Sequence record: DRR723986_5272
DNA: 62,213 nt
Strand: one strand, 5' to 3'
The position numbers were made by a program, and so were the translations under genes. Of this stretch, positions 37,719 through 47,576 are shown piece by piece (positions within the stretch are counted from its first letter, which is position 1; the number at the start of each line of letters is the position of its first letter). The notes beneath the pieces were generated by a model that did not search any database, was not told the origin of the DNA, and saw only the letters and a program-made list of their open reading frames with translations.

Positions 37719-38639
37719 CTACGCTGCAGCGCACAGTTGCAGCAGTTGCTCCTGGCTGTAGGCCTCGTCCTCCGGTGCCAGACCGCCAACCCGGCCGCGC
37801 ACGATGAGATGCGTCATGCCGAGTTCCTCGCAATACTGCTGCAGGCGATCCTGCACCCGCTGGCGATCGCCCACGATAGACCAGTCATGAATATCCCCCG
37901 CCTTGTCGGCCATCGCCGGTGGCACCGTCGCCCGCAGCGCCTCACGGATAGCTGCGGCCGTGGATTCCGAGCGGGCAACCACCGCCGTGCGCATCAGGGG
38001 TACCGCCGCGGGCGGCGCCTGTCCCGCCGCCTGCAGTGCTTCGCGATACAGCGCGAGGTTGGCGCGGAGCACCGACATGCCCTCCAGGGGAGAGGCCAGG
38101 TAAGGTAATCCCAGGCGTCCGGCCTGCTGCAGGGCAAGGGGGCCGAAGGCGGCAACCCAGACCGGCGGGTGCGGTTGCTGCAGCGGCAAGGGCCCCAGGC
38201 GCACCTCCGACCCCGCCAGCGGCTCGCCACGCAGGGCGCTGAGCATGATCGCCAGGTTGCGTTCGAAGTGCGCCCGCTTCTGTCGCCGGTCAATGCCAAA
38301 GGCATCAAACAGTTCGGGCTGGATACCTCGCCCCACCCCAAGCAACAGGCGGCCCGAGCTGAGCTGGTCGAGAACCGCCACCTCCTCCGCCGCCTGCAGC
38401 GGGTTGCGAATCGGCAACAGGTAGGAAGTGGTGGCAAGCCCGATCCGCGTTGTGGTGGCGGCAGCCGCGGCCAGCACCAGCAGCGGTGACGGCAGGGAGC
38501 GGGGATCGCCGAAATGATTCTCCGGTAACCAGTAGGAATCAAAGCCCAGAGCCTCGGCGCGCGCAGCCTGTGCCGCCACGTCCGCTGCCCGCCAGCCCCG
38601 GCGGTCAGTCCAGCCCGTAATTCCCGTGTGAATTGGCAT
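37719..38639 (-). CDS. LLM-class (luciferase-like) flavin-dependent monooxygenase
   Basis: AEALGFDSYWLPENHF, AEEVAVLDQLSSGR, GRG. Confidence 0.88.
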   Translation of the reverse strand: MPIHTGITGWTDRRGWRAADVAAQAARAEALGFDSYWLPENHFGDPRSLPSPLLVLAAAAATTTRIGLATTSYLLPIRNPLQAAEEVAVLDQLSSGRLLLGVGRGIQPELFDAFGIDRRQKRAHFERNLAIMLSALRGEPLAGSEVRLGPLPLQQPHPPVWVAAFGPLALQQAGRLGLPYLASPLEGMSVLRANLALYREALQAAGQAPPAAVPLMRTAVVARSESTAAAIREALRATVPPAMADKAGDIHDWSIVGDRQRVQDRLQQYCEELGMTHLIVRGRVGGLAPEDEAYSQEQLLQLCAAA

Positions 38640-38714
38640 GAGGCGTTTCGCTTTACCTTGGGGCTGCTACTATAGCGCCCTTTCAAAACGAACTGACAGG
38701 AAGCGCCCTACTCC

Positions 38715-39656
38715 ATGAATTTCGACAACCGCGTCACCCGCGTTACCGGTACCGAACTGCCCATTGTACAGGCACCCATGGGCTGGATCGCCCGTTCCCA
38801 GCTCGCGTCCGCCGTCTCCAATGCCGGCGGCCTGGGCATCATCGAAACATCCTCCGGGGAACTGGATGTCATCCGTGAAGAAATCACCCGGATGCGCGAA
38901 CTCACCGACAAGCCCTTTGGCGTCAACATTGCCCAGGCGTTTGTCCGCGATCCGGACATCGCCCAGTTCATCATCGACCAGGGTGTACGCTTCGTGAGTA
39001 CGTCCGCCGGCTCGCCCGAGCGCTACACGGAGCAGTTGAAATCCGCCGGACTCACCGTGTTCCACGTGGTTCCGAGCCTCGCTGCCGCGCTCAAGGCAGT
39101 GCAGTACGGTGTCGATGGCCTGATTGTTGAAGGCGCGGAGGGCGGCGGATTCAAGAATCCCAAGGACGTCGCCACCATGGTCCTGCTGCCGCTGGTCCGC
39201 TCCCGGGTTGAGGTCCCTATTATTGCCGCCGGCGGCCTGGTGGACGGTCACTCAATGGCGGCCGCTTTCGCCCTCGGGGCTGAGGGCGTGCAGCTTGGTA
39301 CGCGGATGGTCTCGGCGCTGGAATCCCCGGTGCACGACAACTGGAAGAACGCGATCTGTTCGGCGCGCGAAACCGATACTGTCTTTCTCAGCCGCTTTCA
39401 GCCACCGGCCCTGCGGGCCCTGCGCACCGAGAAGACCAGTGCACTGGAACTGGACCAGAACCGCAGTGGCATGGCCGAGTTCGGCAACCCCCGGGACCTG
39501 TACTTCGGCGGCGACATGGAAGCTTCCATTGCGCTGTCAGGCCAGGTCTGCGGACGGATCGACGATATCAAGCCGGTGGCGCAGATCCTGAACGAGATCC
39601 GCGAGGAATTTTTCGACACCATCGGCGCCCTGCACAGCCACTACGTCAGCAGCTGA
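38715..39656 (+). CDS. Nitronate monooxygenase / FabK-like FMN enzyme
   Basis: PIVQAPMG, KPFGVN, EGAEGGG, IAAGGL.DG, GVQLGTR. Confidence 0.88.
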   Translation: MNFDNRVTRVTGTELPIVQAPMGWIARSQLASAVSNAGGLGIIETSSGELDVIREEITRMRELTDKPFGVNIAQAFVRDPDIAQFIIDQGVRFVSTSAGSPERYTEQLKSAGLTVFHVVPSLAAALKAVQYGVDGLIVEGAEGGGFKNPKDVATMVLLPLVRSRVEVPIIAAGGLVDGHSMAAAFALGAEGVQLGTRMVSALESPVHDNWKNAICSARETDTVFLSRFQPPALRALRTEKTSALELDQNRSGMAEFGNPRDLYFGGDMEASIALSGQVCGRIDDIKPVAQILNEIREEFFDTIGALHSHYVSS

Positions 39657-39675
39657 GGGGCGGGCACCGACCCGC

Positions 39676-41196
39676 TCAGAAGAATCCGAGCGGGTTGATG
39701 TCGTGGCTGACCAGCATGTTCTTGGTCTGCTGGTAATGCTCCAGCGCCATCTTGTGGGTCTCGCGCCCGATCCCGGACTTCTTGTAGCCACCGAAGGCGG
39801 CGTGAGCGGGATAGGCGTGATAGCAGTTCATCCACACGCGCCCGGCCTTGATGCCCCGCGCCATGCGAAACGCCCGGTTGGTGTCCCGGGTCCAGACCCC
39901 GGCACCGAGGCCGTACTCGGTGGCATTGGCAATCGCCAGCGCCTCTTCCTCGCTTTTAAAGGTGGTCACACCGAGGGTGGGACCGAAGATTTCCTCCTGG
40001 AACACCCGCATATCGTTGGTACCCTGTAACAGGGTGGGCTCCACGTAATAGCCCCCTGCAATGTCGCTGCCTACGGTGGCCTTCTTGCCTCCCATCAGGA
40101 AATGCGCCCCGTCAGCGCGCGCCACATCCATGTAGCTCATGACCTTGTCGAACTGCTCCTTCGAGGCCTGGGCACCCACCATGGTTTCCGGATCCAGCGG
40201 ATTGCCCTGCTTGATATTGGCGGCACGCGCCAGCACGCGCTCGATGAACTCGCCATAGATGCTCTCATGCACCAGGGCACGGGACGGACAGGTGCAGACC
40301 TCGCCCTGGTTGAAAAAGCCCAGCAGCAAACCCTCGACGCACTTGTCGATAAAAGCTTCCTCGTGCGCCATGACATCCTCGAAGTAGATGTTGGGGGACT
40401 TACCGCCCAGTTCCACGGTGGAAGGAATCAGGGTTTTCGCGGCATTGGCCAGGATCAGGTGACCGACGGCGGTTGAACCGGTAAAGGCAATCTTGGCAAT
40501 CCGATCGGAGCTGGCCAGCGCCTGCCCAATCTCTTCCCCGTAGCCATTGAGGATATTGATCACACCCGGCGGCACCAGATCCTCGATCATCTCCATCAAC
40601 ACCAGCAGCGAGACCGGGGTCTGTTCCGCGGGCTTCAGCACCACACAGTTGCCCGCCGCCAGCGCCGGCGCCAGTTTCCAGCCCGCCATCAGCAGCGGGA
40701 AGTTCCAGGGGATAATCTGGCCGACGACACCCAGCGGCTCGTGGAAATGGTAGGCCACGGTGTTGGCGTCAATTTCACTGGCGCTGCCCTCCTGCGCGCG
40801 GAGGCAGCCGGCGAAGTAGCGGAAGTGATCGACCAGCAGCGGGATGTCGGCATTCAGGGTCTCGCGGATTCCCTTGCCGTTCTCCCAGGTTTCCACGTAG
40901 GCCAGGGTTTCGAGGTTCTGTTCGATGCGGTCAGCAATACGCAGCAGAGTGTTGGAACGCTCGGCTGCAGGGGTCGCGCCCCAGCTATCGGCGGCCGCGT
41001 GGGCCGCATCCAGGGCCCGGTGCAGGTCCGCTGGCGTGGAGCGCGGCACCTCACAGAATACCTCGCCGGTCACCGGGGTAATGTTCTCGAAATAATTGCC
41101 CTCCAGCGGGGCTACCCATTCTCCACCGATGTAGTTGGCATAGCGGTCACGGAAGTTAAACAGGGCTCCCTCGGAGCCGGGCATGGCATAGGTCAT
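39676..41196 (-). CDS. aldB: NAD-dependent aldehyde dehydrogenase (AldB/ExaC/AcoD type)
   Basis: [49 protein letters not shown]. Confidence 0.9.
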   Translation of the reverse strand: MTYAMPGSEGALFNFRDRYANYIGGEWVAPLEGNYFENITPVTGEVFCEVPRSTPADLHRALDAAHAAADSWGATPAAERSNTLLRIADRIEQNLETLAYVETWENGKGIRETLNADIPLLVDHFRYFAGCLRAQEGSASEIDANTVAYHFHEPLGVVGQIIPWNFPLLMAGWKLAPALAAGNCVVLKPAEQTPVSLLVLMEMIEDLVPPGVINILNGYGEEIGQALASSDRIAKIAFTGSTAVGHLILANAAKTLIPSTVELGGKSPNIYFEDVMAHEEAFIDKCVEGLLLGFFNQGEVCTCPSRALVHESIYGEFIERVLARAANIKQGNPLDPETMVGAQASKEQFDKVMSYMDVARADGAHFLMGGKKATVGSDIAGGYYVEPTLLQGTNDMRVFQEEIFGPTLGVTTFKSEEEALAIANATEYGLGAGVWTRDTNRAFRMARGIKAGRVWMNCYHAYPAHAAFGGYKKSGIGRETHKMALEHYQQTKNMLVSHDINPLGFF

Positions 41197-41278
41197 CAGC
41201 GTTCTCCCTCGCGGTTACAGTGCTGGTCCTACTATAGTTCATGCCCCGGGGAATGCGCGCCCCTGCACCCGCCCCGGG

Positions 41279-41343
41279 GTGACGCTAAAAGTATACTAAT
41301 GTATACTTTTGAACTTGGCGGCGTTACAGTAGAGCGCCATAAT
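41279..41343. promoter_or_regulatory. Perfect palindromic operator and promoters between aldB and the P450 gene
   Basis: AAAAGTATAC-TAAT-GTATACTTTT (41287-41310); plus-strand GTGACG-17-TATACT and TTGGCG-17-CATAAT. Confidence 0.7.
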
Positions 41344-41386
41344 CCGGCGACCCAAATCGGACCGCCAGGCAAACAGGAGACCCCGC

Positions 41387-42628
41387 ATGACGCAGCTGCA
41401 AACCGCGTTGCCACCTATTGAGAGCGTGTTCAATCCGCACTCGCCCGAGTACATGCGGGACCCGATTCCCGGCTGCCTCGAATTAATGAGCCGCGGCCGG
41501 CTGGTCTGGTACGAGCCCTGGCAGGCATGGATCATGACCCGGATGCCGGACATCATGGCCTGCTGGAAAGAAGAATACCTGTCGTCGGATTTTTATGACT
41601 GGGAGTTCGCCCCGCAGCGGCCGCCCGAGGACCAGTGGAGCAACTTTGAGCGGGCCATGATCGGGCACAGCCTGCTCGCGGATCACGATCATCACCGGCT
41701 GGTGCGCCGGGTAACAGCCCCCGCTTTCTCCCGCAACGTGGTCGACAAGATCCAGGCCCGGATCGAACCCGATGTGAAGAAGCTGTTCGATGACCTGGGC
41801 GAACCGGCGGAGTTCGACTATATCGCCGAGATCGCCCAACACATTCCATTTATCTCCATCACCAGGATGGTAGGCATCCCGGAGAAGTACTGGCCGGAGA
41901 TTCGCCAGGTCATCCTTACCTTTACCGAAACCTGGAACCCGACGATTTCCGATGAACGGCGCGAGGCGGCCCGGCAGGACAGCAACCGCGCGATCGACAT
42001 CATCAAGAAAGTCATCGCGGAGCGGCGGCAGGAACCCCAGCAGGACGACTTCCTCAGCACCTTGCTGCAGATCGAGGCCGGCAACCCGGATTTCGACGAG
42101 TGGGACATCGTCACCCTGATCCTCGCCCTGGTTGGCGCCGGCGCAGACACCACCCTGGTTGCCCAGCAATGGTCGGTCTACTCCCTGCTCAAACACCCGG
42201 ACCAGATCGCCACCGCCATGGCTTCCCCGGAAGCATTCAGCAATGCCTTCAGCGAAATAAACCGTTGGGGCGTGTCCTCCAAGATGGGCTTTGCCCGCTA
42301 TGCCCCCCGGGATATGGAGGTTCTTGGACAGGCGGTGCGCAAGGGCCAGATGATCCTGATGATGCCCCACCTGAAGGATCACGACCCCGAGTATTATCCG
42401 AACCCGGACGTTTTCGATGTCCAGCGGGCCTTTGATCCGGATGTCCTGTTCGGCTACGGCCCGCGTTACTGCATCGGCGCGGCCCTGGCCAAGCGCCAGC
42501 TCTACCTGACCCTGTCCGAACTGTTCCGGCGCTTCCCGAATGTCAGCCTGGCCGAAGAGCCGGAGCGCGATGAAAACGACCACAATGCGGTGGTGTTCAA
42601 GCGTCTGCTGCTGAAGACCGGGCTCTGA
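41387..42628 (+). CDS. Cytochrome P450
   Basis: I-helix AGADTT, ExxR (EINR), heme motif FGYGPRYCIG. Confidence 0.95.
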   Translation: MTQLQTALPPIESVFNPHSPEYMRDPIPGCLELMSRGRLVWYEPWQAWIMTRMPDIMACWKEEYLSSDFYDWEFAPQRPPEDQWSNFERAMIGHSLLADHDHHRLVRRVTAPAFSRNVVDKIQARIEPDVKKLFDDLGEPAEFDYIAEIAQHIPFISITRMVGIPEKYWPEIRQVILTFTETWNPTISDERREAARQDSNRAIDIIKKVIAERRQEPQQDDFLSTLLQIEAGNPDFDEWDIVTLILALVGAGADTTLVAQQWSVYSLLKHPDQIATAMASPEAFSNAFSEINRWGVSSKMGFARYAPRDMEVLGQAVRKGQMILMMPHLKDHDPEYYPNPDVFDVQRAFDPDVLFGYGPRYCIGAALAKRQLYLTLSELFRRFPNVSLAEEPERDENDHNAVVFKRLLLKTGL

Positions 42629-42662
42629 GCCGGGCCTTGCGGGACAGCGGAGTCAACTACCG

Positions 42663-43598
42663 GTGAGGGCGGTGCGGATCGACGGGGGCAAACCCCAACT
42701 GGTGACGGTTCCCGAACCCACCGGTGACGGGGTACGAGTCCGGGTCGGCTCGGTATCCATCTGTGGCTCCGACCTGCACATGCTTGAGCAGGGCTGGGTC
42801 GAGGGCAAAGTGCTCGGGCACGAGTTTGCCGGCACAACGCCTGATGGCACCCCCGTTGCCGTGGAGCCCTTCTTCGGCTGCGGTGACTGCAGCTACTGCG
42901 ATGAGGGCTACAACGCCCTGTGCACCGGCGGCGCGCAGTTTATTGGCGGCGGTATCGACGGCGGGATGGCCGACTACGTGGTGGTCCCCGCCTCAACCCT
43001 GGTGCCGCTGGCCGATGGCCTCCCCCTGGGCATCGCCTCCCTGGTTGAACCCCTGGCGGTGGCTTTCCACGCGCTCAATCAGGCGCAGGTCACGGACCGC
43101 GACCGGGTACTGGTCGTCGGCGCCGGTGCTATCGGCCTGGCCGTGGCGGCGGCGCTCAAATCCCGCGGCCAGACCTGCGATATCGTCGCCCGACACCCGG
43201 GACAGCAAGCGGTAGCGCAACAGCTGGGGGCCAGACCACAGGCTGGTGAGGGCTACGATGTGGTCATCGACGCGGTAGGCAGCACCGGTTCCCTGCAGGA
43301 CAGCATCGAACGGGTCCGCCCCCGTGGCCGGATCGGCATGGTGGGCTGTTTCTGGGAGCCAGCCGCAACGCCCATGGGCTTCTGCGCCAAGGAACTGCAG
43401 ATGATCGCCGCTTTCACCTACAAGTGCCGCCGCCCGGGACGCACGTTCGAGGAAGCTATCGCTGCCCTCGCCGGGGACCCAGGCATCGCCGATAGCCTGA
43501 TCACCCATCGCTACCCGCTGGAAGCGGCAGCCGAGGCGTTTACCACCGCAGCCGACCGCGCCAGCGGCGCGATCAAGGTCTGTTTTGACCTTGGCTGA
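42663..43598 (+). CDS. Zinc-dependent (MDR) alcohol dehydrogenase
   Basis: ICGSDLH, GHE, CGDCSYC..G....C structural Zn site, GAGAIG. Confidence 0.9.
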   Translation: MRAVRIDGGKPQLVTVPEPTGDGVRVRVGSVSICGSDLHMLEQGWVEGKVLGHEFAGTTPDGTPVAVEPFFGCGDCSYCDEGYNALCTGGAQFIGGGIDGGMADYVVVPASTLVPLADGLPLGIASLVEPLAVAFHALNQAQVTDRDRVLVVGAGAIGLAVAAALKSRGQTCDIVARHPGQQAVAQQLGARPQAGEGYDVVIDAVGSTGSLQDSIERVRPRGRIGMVGCFWEPAATPMGFCAKELQMIAAFTYKCRRPGRTFEEAIAALAGDPGIADSLITHRYPLEAAAEAFTTAADRASGAIKVCFDLG

Positions 43599-43731
43599 GC
43601 GCGGTCATTTTACCTACACCGGGCAAGAAAAAGTGTTGGAAGCTGCAATAGGTACTTTTCCTGACTTCCGCTCAGGCGATTACTCCCTATAATGATCGCT
43701 TAGCCAGGGATGACGGTGCGGCAGCAATAAG

Positions 43732-46700
43732 ATGGCCGATTTTGAAATACCCGGATACGAGATCTACGAGCGCCTGGGCCGCGGCGGTATGGCCACGGTC
43801 TACCGCGCCCTGCATCTGAACCTCGACCGGGAAGTCGCAATCAAGGTAATGGACGCCTCGATGAGCGCGGACGAGAGCTTCTCCGAGCGCTTTGTTCGCG
43901 AGGCGCGTATCTCCGCACGCCTGATTCACCCGCACATCCTGCAGATCTATGACGTCAACCATGTCGACGGTATGAACTACATCGCCATGGAGTACCTGCC
44001 CGGTGGTGATCTCGCGGAGATGATCCGCGGTCCGCTGGACCAGGGCACCATCTATAAAATGATGGAGCAGATGACCGATGCGCTGGATTACGCTGCCCGC
44101 CACGGCTACGTGCACCGCGACATCAAGCCCAGCAATATCATGCTGCGCGGCGAGCTGGACTTCGTGCTGGCGGATTTCGGTATCGCCAAGGCCGCCGACT
44201 CCGGCACCCAGATGACCCAGACCGGGCTGATGGTCGGGACACCCAGCTACATGAGCCCGGAGCAGGCCAAGGGCATCACGGTGGACGGCCGCTCGGACCT
44301 GTACAGCCTCGGGGTCCTGTGGTTCGAGATGACCACCAAGAAATTGCCCTACGATTCCGATTCCGCGGTGAGCACCGCGGTCAAGCACCTGACCGAAGCG
44401 ATCCCGACGCTCCCCGAGAGCCTGGCCGTCTACCAGGGCTTTCTGGACAAGGCGCTGGCCAAGGAAGCCGATGACCGCTTCCAGAGCGGCCGGGAAATGT
44501 TCCAGGCCCTGAGCGAACACCGCGGCAGCTTCGCTGACAGCGACGTGCTGGTACAGCCGGAGCCGGTACCGGAAGGTGAGGAGTCCGAGCTCGCACCCAC
44601 GTCGCTCGATCCGGCGAGAACGTCCGTCTCCTGGGCCGACCAGACCCGGGTCAGCCAGTCGTCTTCAGGCCCCCGCTCCTCGCGCCCCTATAAATTGTCG
44701 GACACCTCGCGCGAACGGCTCAGCAGTGGTTTCCACAGCGGTCCGCGCAAACGCGCGGCCGAAAAACCCGGCTTTGGCAGCACCGGCTTCAAGGCAATCA
44801 TCGGCTTGGTCCTGGCCGCCGGCCTGGGCTACGGGGCGTACACCTACCTGCAGTCACAGGGGCCGGCTTCCAGCGAGGACCTGCGCAATGTCACGGCTGA
44901 ACTGGCGAGTGCCTACAGCGCGCTGAACGAGGATAAGCTCGACAAGGCGGCGGTCGCCTTCCGCAAGGTGCTGGCTATCGACAGCGGCCATGCCGCGGCG
45001 CAGCAGGGCCTGCAGGATGTGGAAGCGATGTACAGCGCCGCTATCGAACAGGCGCTGGCAGACGGCGAGCTCGGCAAGGCGGGCGGCCTGGTCACTGACT
45101 ACGGCCTGCACTTCGGCGACAGCAGCAGCGCGGAGCGCCACCGCTCGGCTCTGGCACTGGCCCAGCAGGAGCAGCAGCTGGAAGAAGTACAGTCGGAGCG
45201 GGTCCAGATCCTGCTCGACAAGGCCATGGCAGCCATGGGCGAAGGCAAGCTGTTTGAACCGAAACAGGACAACGCCTACGAATACTTCATGCAGATTACC
45301 GCCCTCAACGCGAGCAACAGCGCTGCGCGCCTTGGCCTGAACCAGCTGATGACCTCAGCGCTGGAGCAGGCCGAGACCTACATTGAGGACAAGCAGTTCG
45401 CCGAGGCCAGGGAAGTGGTCAACCAGGCGCGGGTCATCGACCCCGGCTACGAGGCCCTGATCGACACCCAGAAGGCCATCGAAAGCGCGGAGGAAGTCGA
45501 ACTGCGGCGGCAGAACCGTTGGGCGGAGTACAGCGAGGAGCAGCGCCAGACCATCCTCGAACTGCTGGCCCGGGCGGAACAACAGCTGGCTGCGGAGCAG
45601 TACCTGGCACCGGAAGGCGACAACGCCTACCAGACTTTCATCTCGGTGCTGGAACTGGACCACAGCAACGACACCGCCAACCGCGGACTGGAAGCCATGG
45701 CCGAGACCTTCCTGGCCCGGGCCGAAACCGCGGTCACCGAACAGCGCTTCGACGATGCCGAGGCCGCCCTGGCCAATGTATCCCGGGTCACGCCGAACAA
45801 CCCGGAACTGGAAACCCGACAGGCGGGACTGCGCAGCGCCCGCCAGGCAGCGGAAGAGTCCGAGGCCCGCGCCGCCTACCTGGCGGACCTGTTGAACGAG
45901 GCCGAAGCCAAGCTCGCCGGTGCCGGCACCGACCTGGCCAGCGCCGCCGGGGCCGCCAAACTGTTCCAGGAAGCGCTCAAGCAGAACCCCGGCAACGAGG
46001 CCGCCTCACAGGGCCTGGCGCGTACGGTTGATGCCTACTACAGCCTGGCCCAGGCAGCCGCCGAAGACGGCGACTTCGAGACCGCAGCCGAGGCCCTGGA
46101 CAAGGCGCTGAAACTCAACCCGGAGCGCAACGACATCGCCAGCATGCAGGCCCAGCTCGGTGACATCGAGGCCGCATGGCGCGAACAGAACAACGAGGAG
46201 CAGCTGCTTGGCGATGCCGCACAGCTGCTCAAACAGGGCAGCTACAACGAAGCTGCCGAGGCCTACGCCAGGGCCATAGAAATGTATCCGGATTCAGCCG
46301 CCGCAGAGGGCTTGCAACGCGCGGTTGACGCCCTGGTTGCCAGCGCTACCAAATCTGCGGCAAGCGGCCAGTTCGACGCAGCCCAGACGATGCTGGACTA
46401 CGCCCTGGCCTACGATGCGGGCAATACCGACGCTACCCAGCTGCAAGCTGATCTGCCGGGGCTGAAGAGCGCCTGGCAGCAGGAACAGCAAGCCCGGGCC
46501 CAAGCCCAGCAGCAGGCCAACCAAACCGCTACCCGGGGCCTGCAGGCCATCGCCAGCGGCAACCTCGATGAGGCCCAGGCCGCCTTCGAGGAGTTGCAGG
46601 CGGGATACCCCGAACTCGAGGCCACAACGCGCCTCAAAACCCAGCTGCGGGATGCCTACCTGCTCGCCACCCGCGATGAAATCGCCAACCAGGCCTTCGA

Positions 46701-46824
46701 CCTTGCGGAAGACTTTCTCACTCGCGGCAAGGCCCTCGCACCAGGGTATCCCGACTGGGCCGAACTGGAAGTCGAGGTAGAGATCGGCAAGTCCAGCTCC
46801 CGACGCCGCCTGGGCGAATTCTGA
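43732..46824 (+). CDS. Membrane Ser/Thr protein kinase (Hanks type) with periplasmic TPR repeats
   Basis: GRGGMATV, VAIK, HRDIKPSN, DFG, GTPSYMSPE; single TM (IIGLVLAAGLGYGAY); repeated TPR modules. Confidence 0.93.
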   Translation: MADFEIPGYEIYERLGRGGMATVYRALHLNLDREVAIKVMDASMSADESFSERFVREARISARLIHPHILQIYDVNHVDGMNYIAMEYLPGGDLAEMIRGPLDQGTIYKMMEQMTDALDYAARHGYVHRDIKPSNIMLRGELDFVLADFGIAKAADSGTQMTQTGLMVGTPSYMSPEQAKGITVDGRSDLYSLGVLWFEMTTKKLPYDSDSAVSTAVKHLTEAIPTLPESLAVYQGFLDKALAKEADDRFQSGREMFQALSEHRGSFADSDVLVQPEPVPEGEESELAPTSLDPARTSVSWADQTRVSQSSSGPRSSRPYKLSDTSRERLSSGFHSGPRKRAAEKPGFGSTGFKAIIGLVLAAGLGYGAYTYLQSQGPASSEDLRNVTAELASAYSALNEDKLDKAAVAFRKVLAIDSGHAAAQQGLQDVEAMYSAAIEQALADGELGKAGGLVTDYGLHFGDSSSAERHRSALALAQQEQQLEEVQSERVQILLDKAMAAMGEGKLFEPKQDNAYEYFMQITALNASNSAARLGLNQLMTSALEQAETYIEDKQFAEAREVVNQARVIDPGYEALIDTQKAIESAEEVELRRQNRWAEYSEEQRQTILELLARAEQQLAAEQYLAPEGDNAYQTFISVLELDHSNDTANRGLEAMAETFLARAETAVTEQRFDDAEAALANVSRVTPNNPELETRQAGLRSARQAAEESEARAAYLADLLNEAEAKLAGAGTDLASAAGAAKLFQEALKQNPGNEAASQGLARTVDAYYSLAQAAAEDGDFETAAEALDKALKLNPERNDIASMQAQLGDIEAAWREQNNEEQLLGDAAQLLKQGSYNEAAEAYARAIEMYPDSAAAEGLQRAVDALVASATKSAASGQFDAAQTMLDYALAYDAGNTDATQLQADLPGLKSAWQQEQQARAQAQQQANQTATRGLQAIASGNLDEAQAAFEELQAGYPELEATTRLKTQLRDAYLLATRDEIANQAFDLAEDFLTRGKALAPGYPDWAELEVEVEIGKSSSRRRLGEF

Positions 46825-46892
46825 CGGCGACGCGGCAAGCCTGCGCGTCGCTGCTAGCCCACGCCCCCGACAGCCACCGGTAATATTGCCTG

Positions 46893-46918
46893 TAATCCGC
46901 CACCGCGGCGGCGCCGTA
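46893..46918 (+). promoter_or_regulatory. Candidate RpoE/ChrR (ECF11) promoter
   Basis: TAATCC-N16-CGTA versus consensus TGATCC-N16-CGTA (one mismatch). Confidence 0.5.
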
Positions 46919-46950
46919 CCAGAGGCATCACATTATTGGCAACCACCACC

Positions 46951-47190
46951 ATGATCGAACGCAACCTCGGCAACATCGAACGCCTGCTCCGGCTCCTGGC
47001 CGGCATCGCCTTTGGCGCCTGGGCCCTGACCCGCCCCGAAATGAACGGCATTGAATGGTTCATTGTCGCGGTGGCCATCGCCCTCGTCCTCAATGGCATT
47101 TTCTCGCGCTGCTACCTCTGGTTCGTGCTGGACATCAATACCTGCGACCGGGATTCCGGCGACTGCCCGCCCGGCGCAACCTGTCCGTGA
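46951..47190 (+). CDS. DUF2892 (YgaP-like) small membrane protein
   Basis: NLGNIERLLR, two TMs, SRCYLW...INTC. Confidence 0.8.
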   Translation: MIERNLGNIERLLRLLAGIAFGAWALTRPEMNGIEWFIVAVAIALVLNGIFSRCYLWFVLDINTCDRDSGDCPPGATCP

Positions 47191-47576
47191 GCGACGACGC
47201 CCGCTGCGCAACCCTGTACTACGACGGGCACTGCCCGCTGTGCCTGAAAGAAGTGGCAAAGCTGCGCCGCCTCGGTGACGACTCACTGTCCCTGACTGAC
47301 ATTCATGCCGTTGCGGGACAGGCGGACATCCCGGATACGGATACCCTGCTCCGGGACCTGCACTTTCGCACCGCCGACAACCGCCTGCTGGTGGGGGTTG
47401 AAGCCAATGTCGCCGTCTGGCAGCACACCCGCTACGGCTACCTGTTCCGCTGGCTGAACTGGCCGATGATCCGGCCGCTGGCGGACCGGGTATACCGGCA
47501 GTGGGCCGCCTGGCGCTATCGCCGCCTGTATGGCGAACAGTACAAGGAAGCCGAACATGCATCTCGACAGCCGTGA
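47187..47576 (+). CDS. DUF393 / DCC-family thiol-disulfide oxidoreductase
   Basis: YDGHCPLC (DxxCxxC); GTGA overlap with the upstream gene. Confidence 0.85.
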   Translation: MSDDARCATLYYDGHCPLCLKEVAKLRRLGDDSLSLTDIHAVAGQADIPDTDTLLRDLHFRTADNRLLVGVEANVAVWQHTRYGYLFRWLNWPMIRPLADRVYRQWAAWRYRRLYGEQYKEAEHASRQP

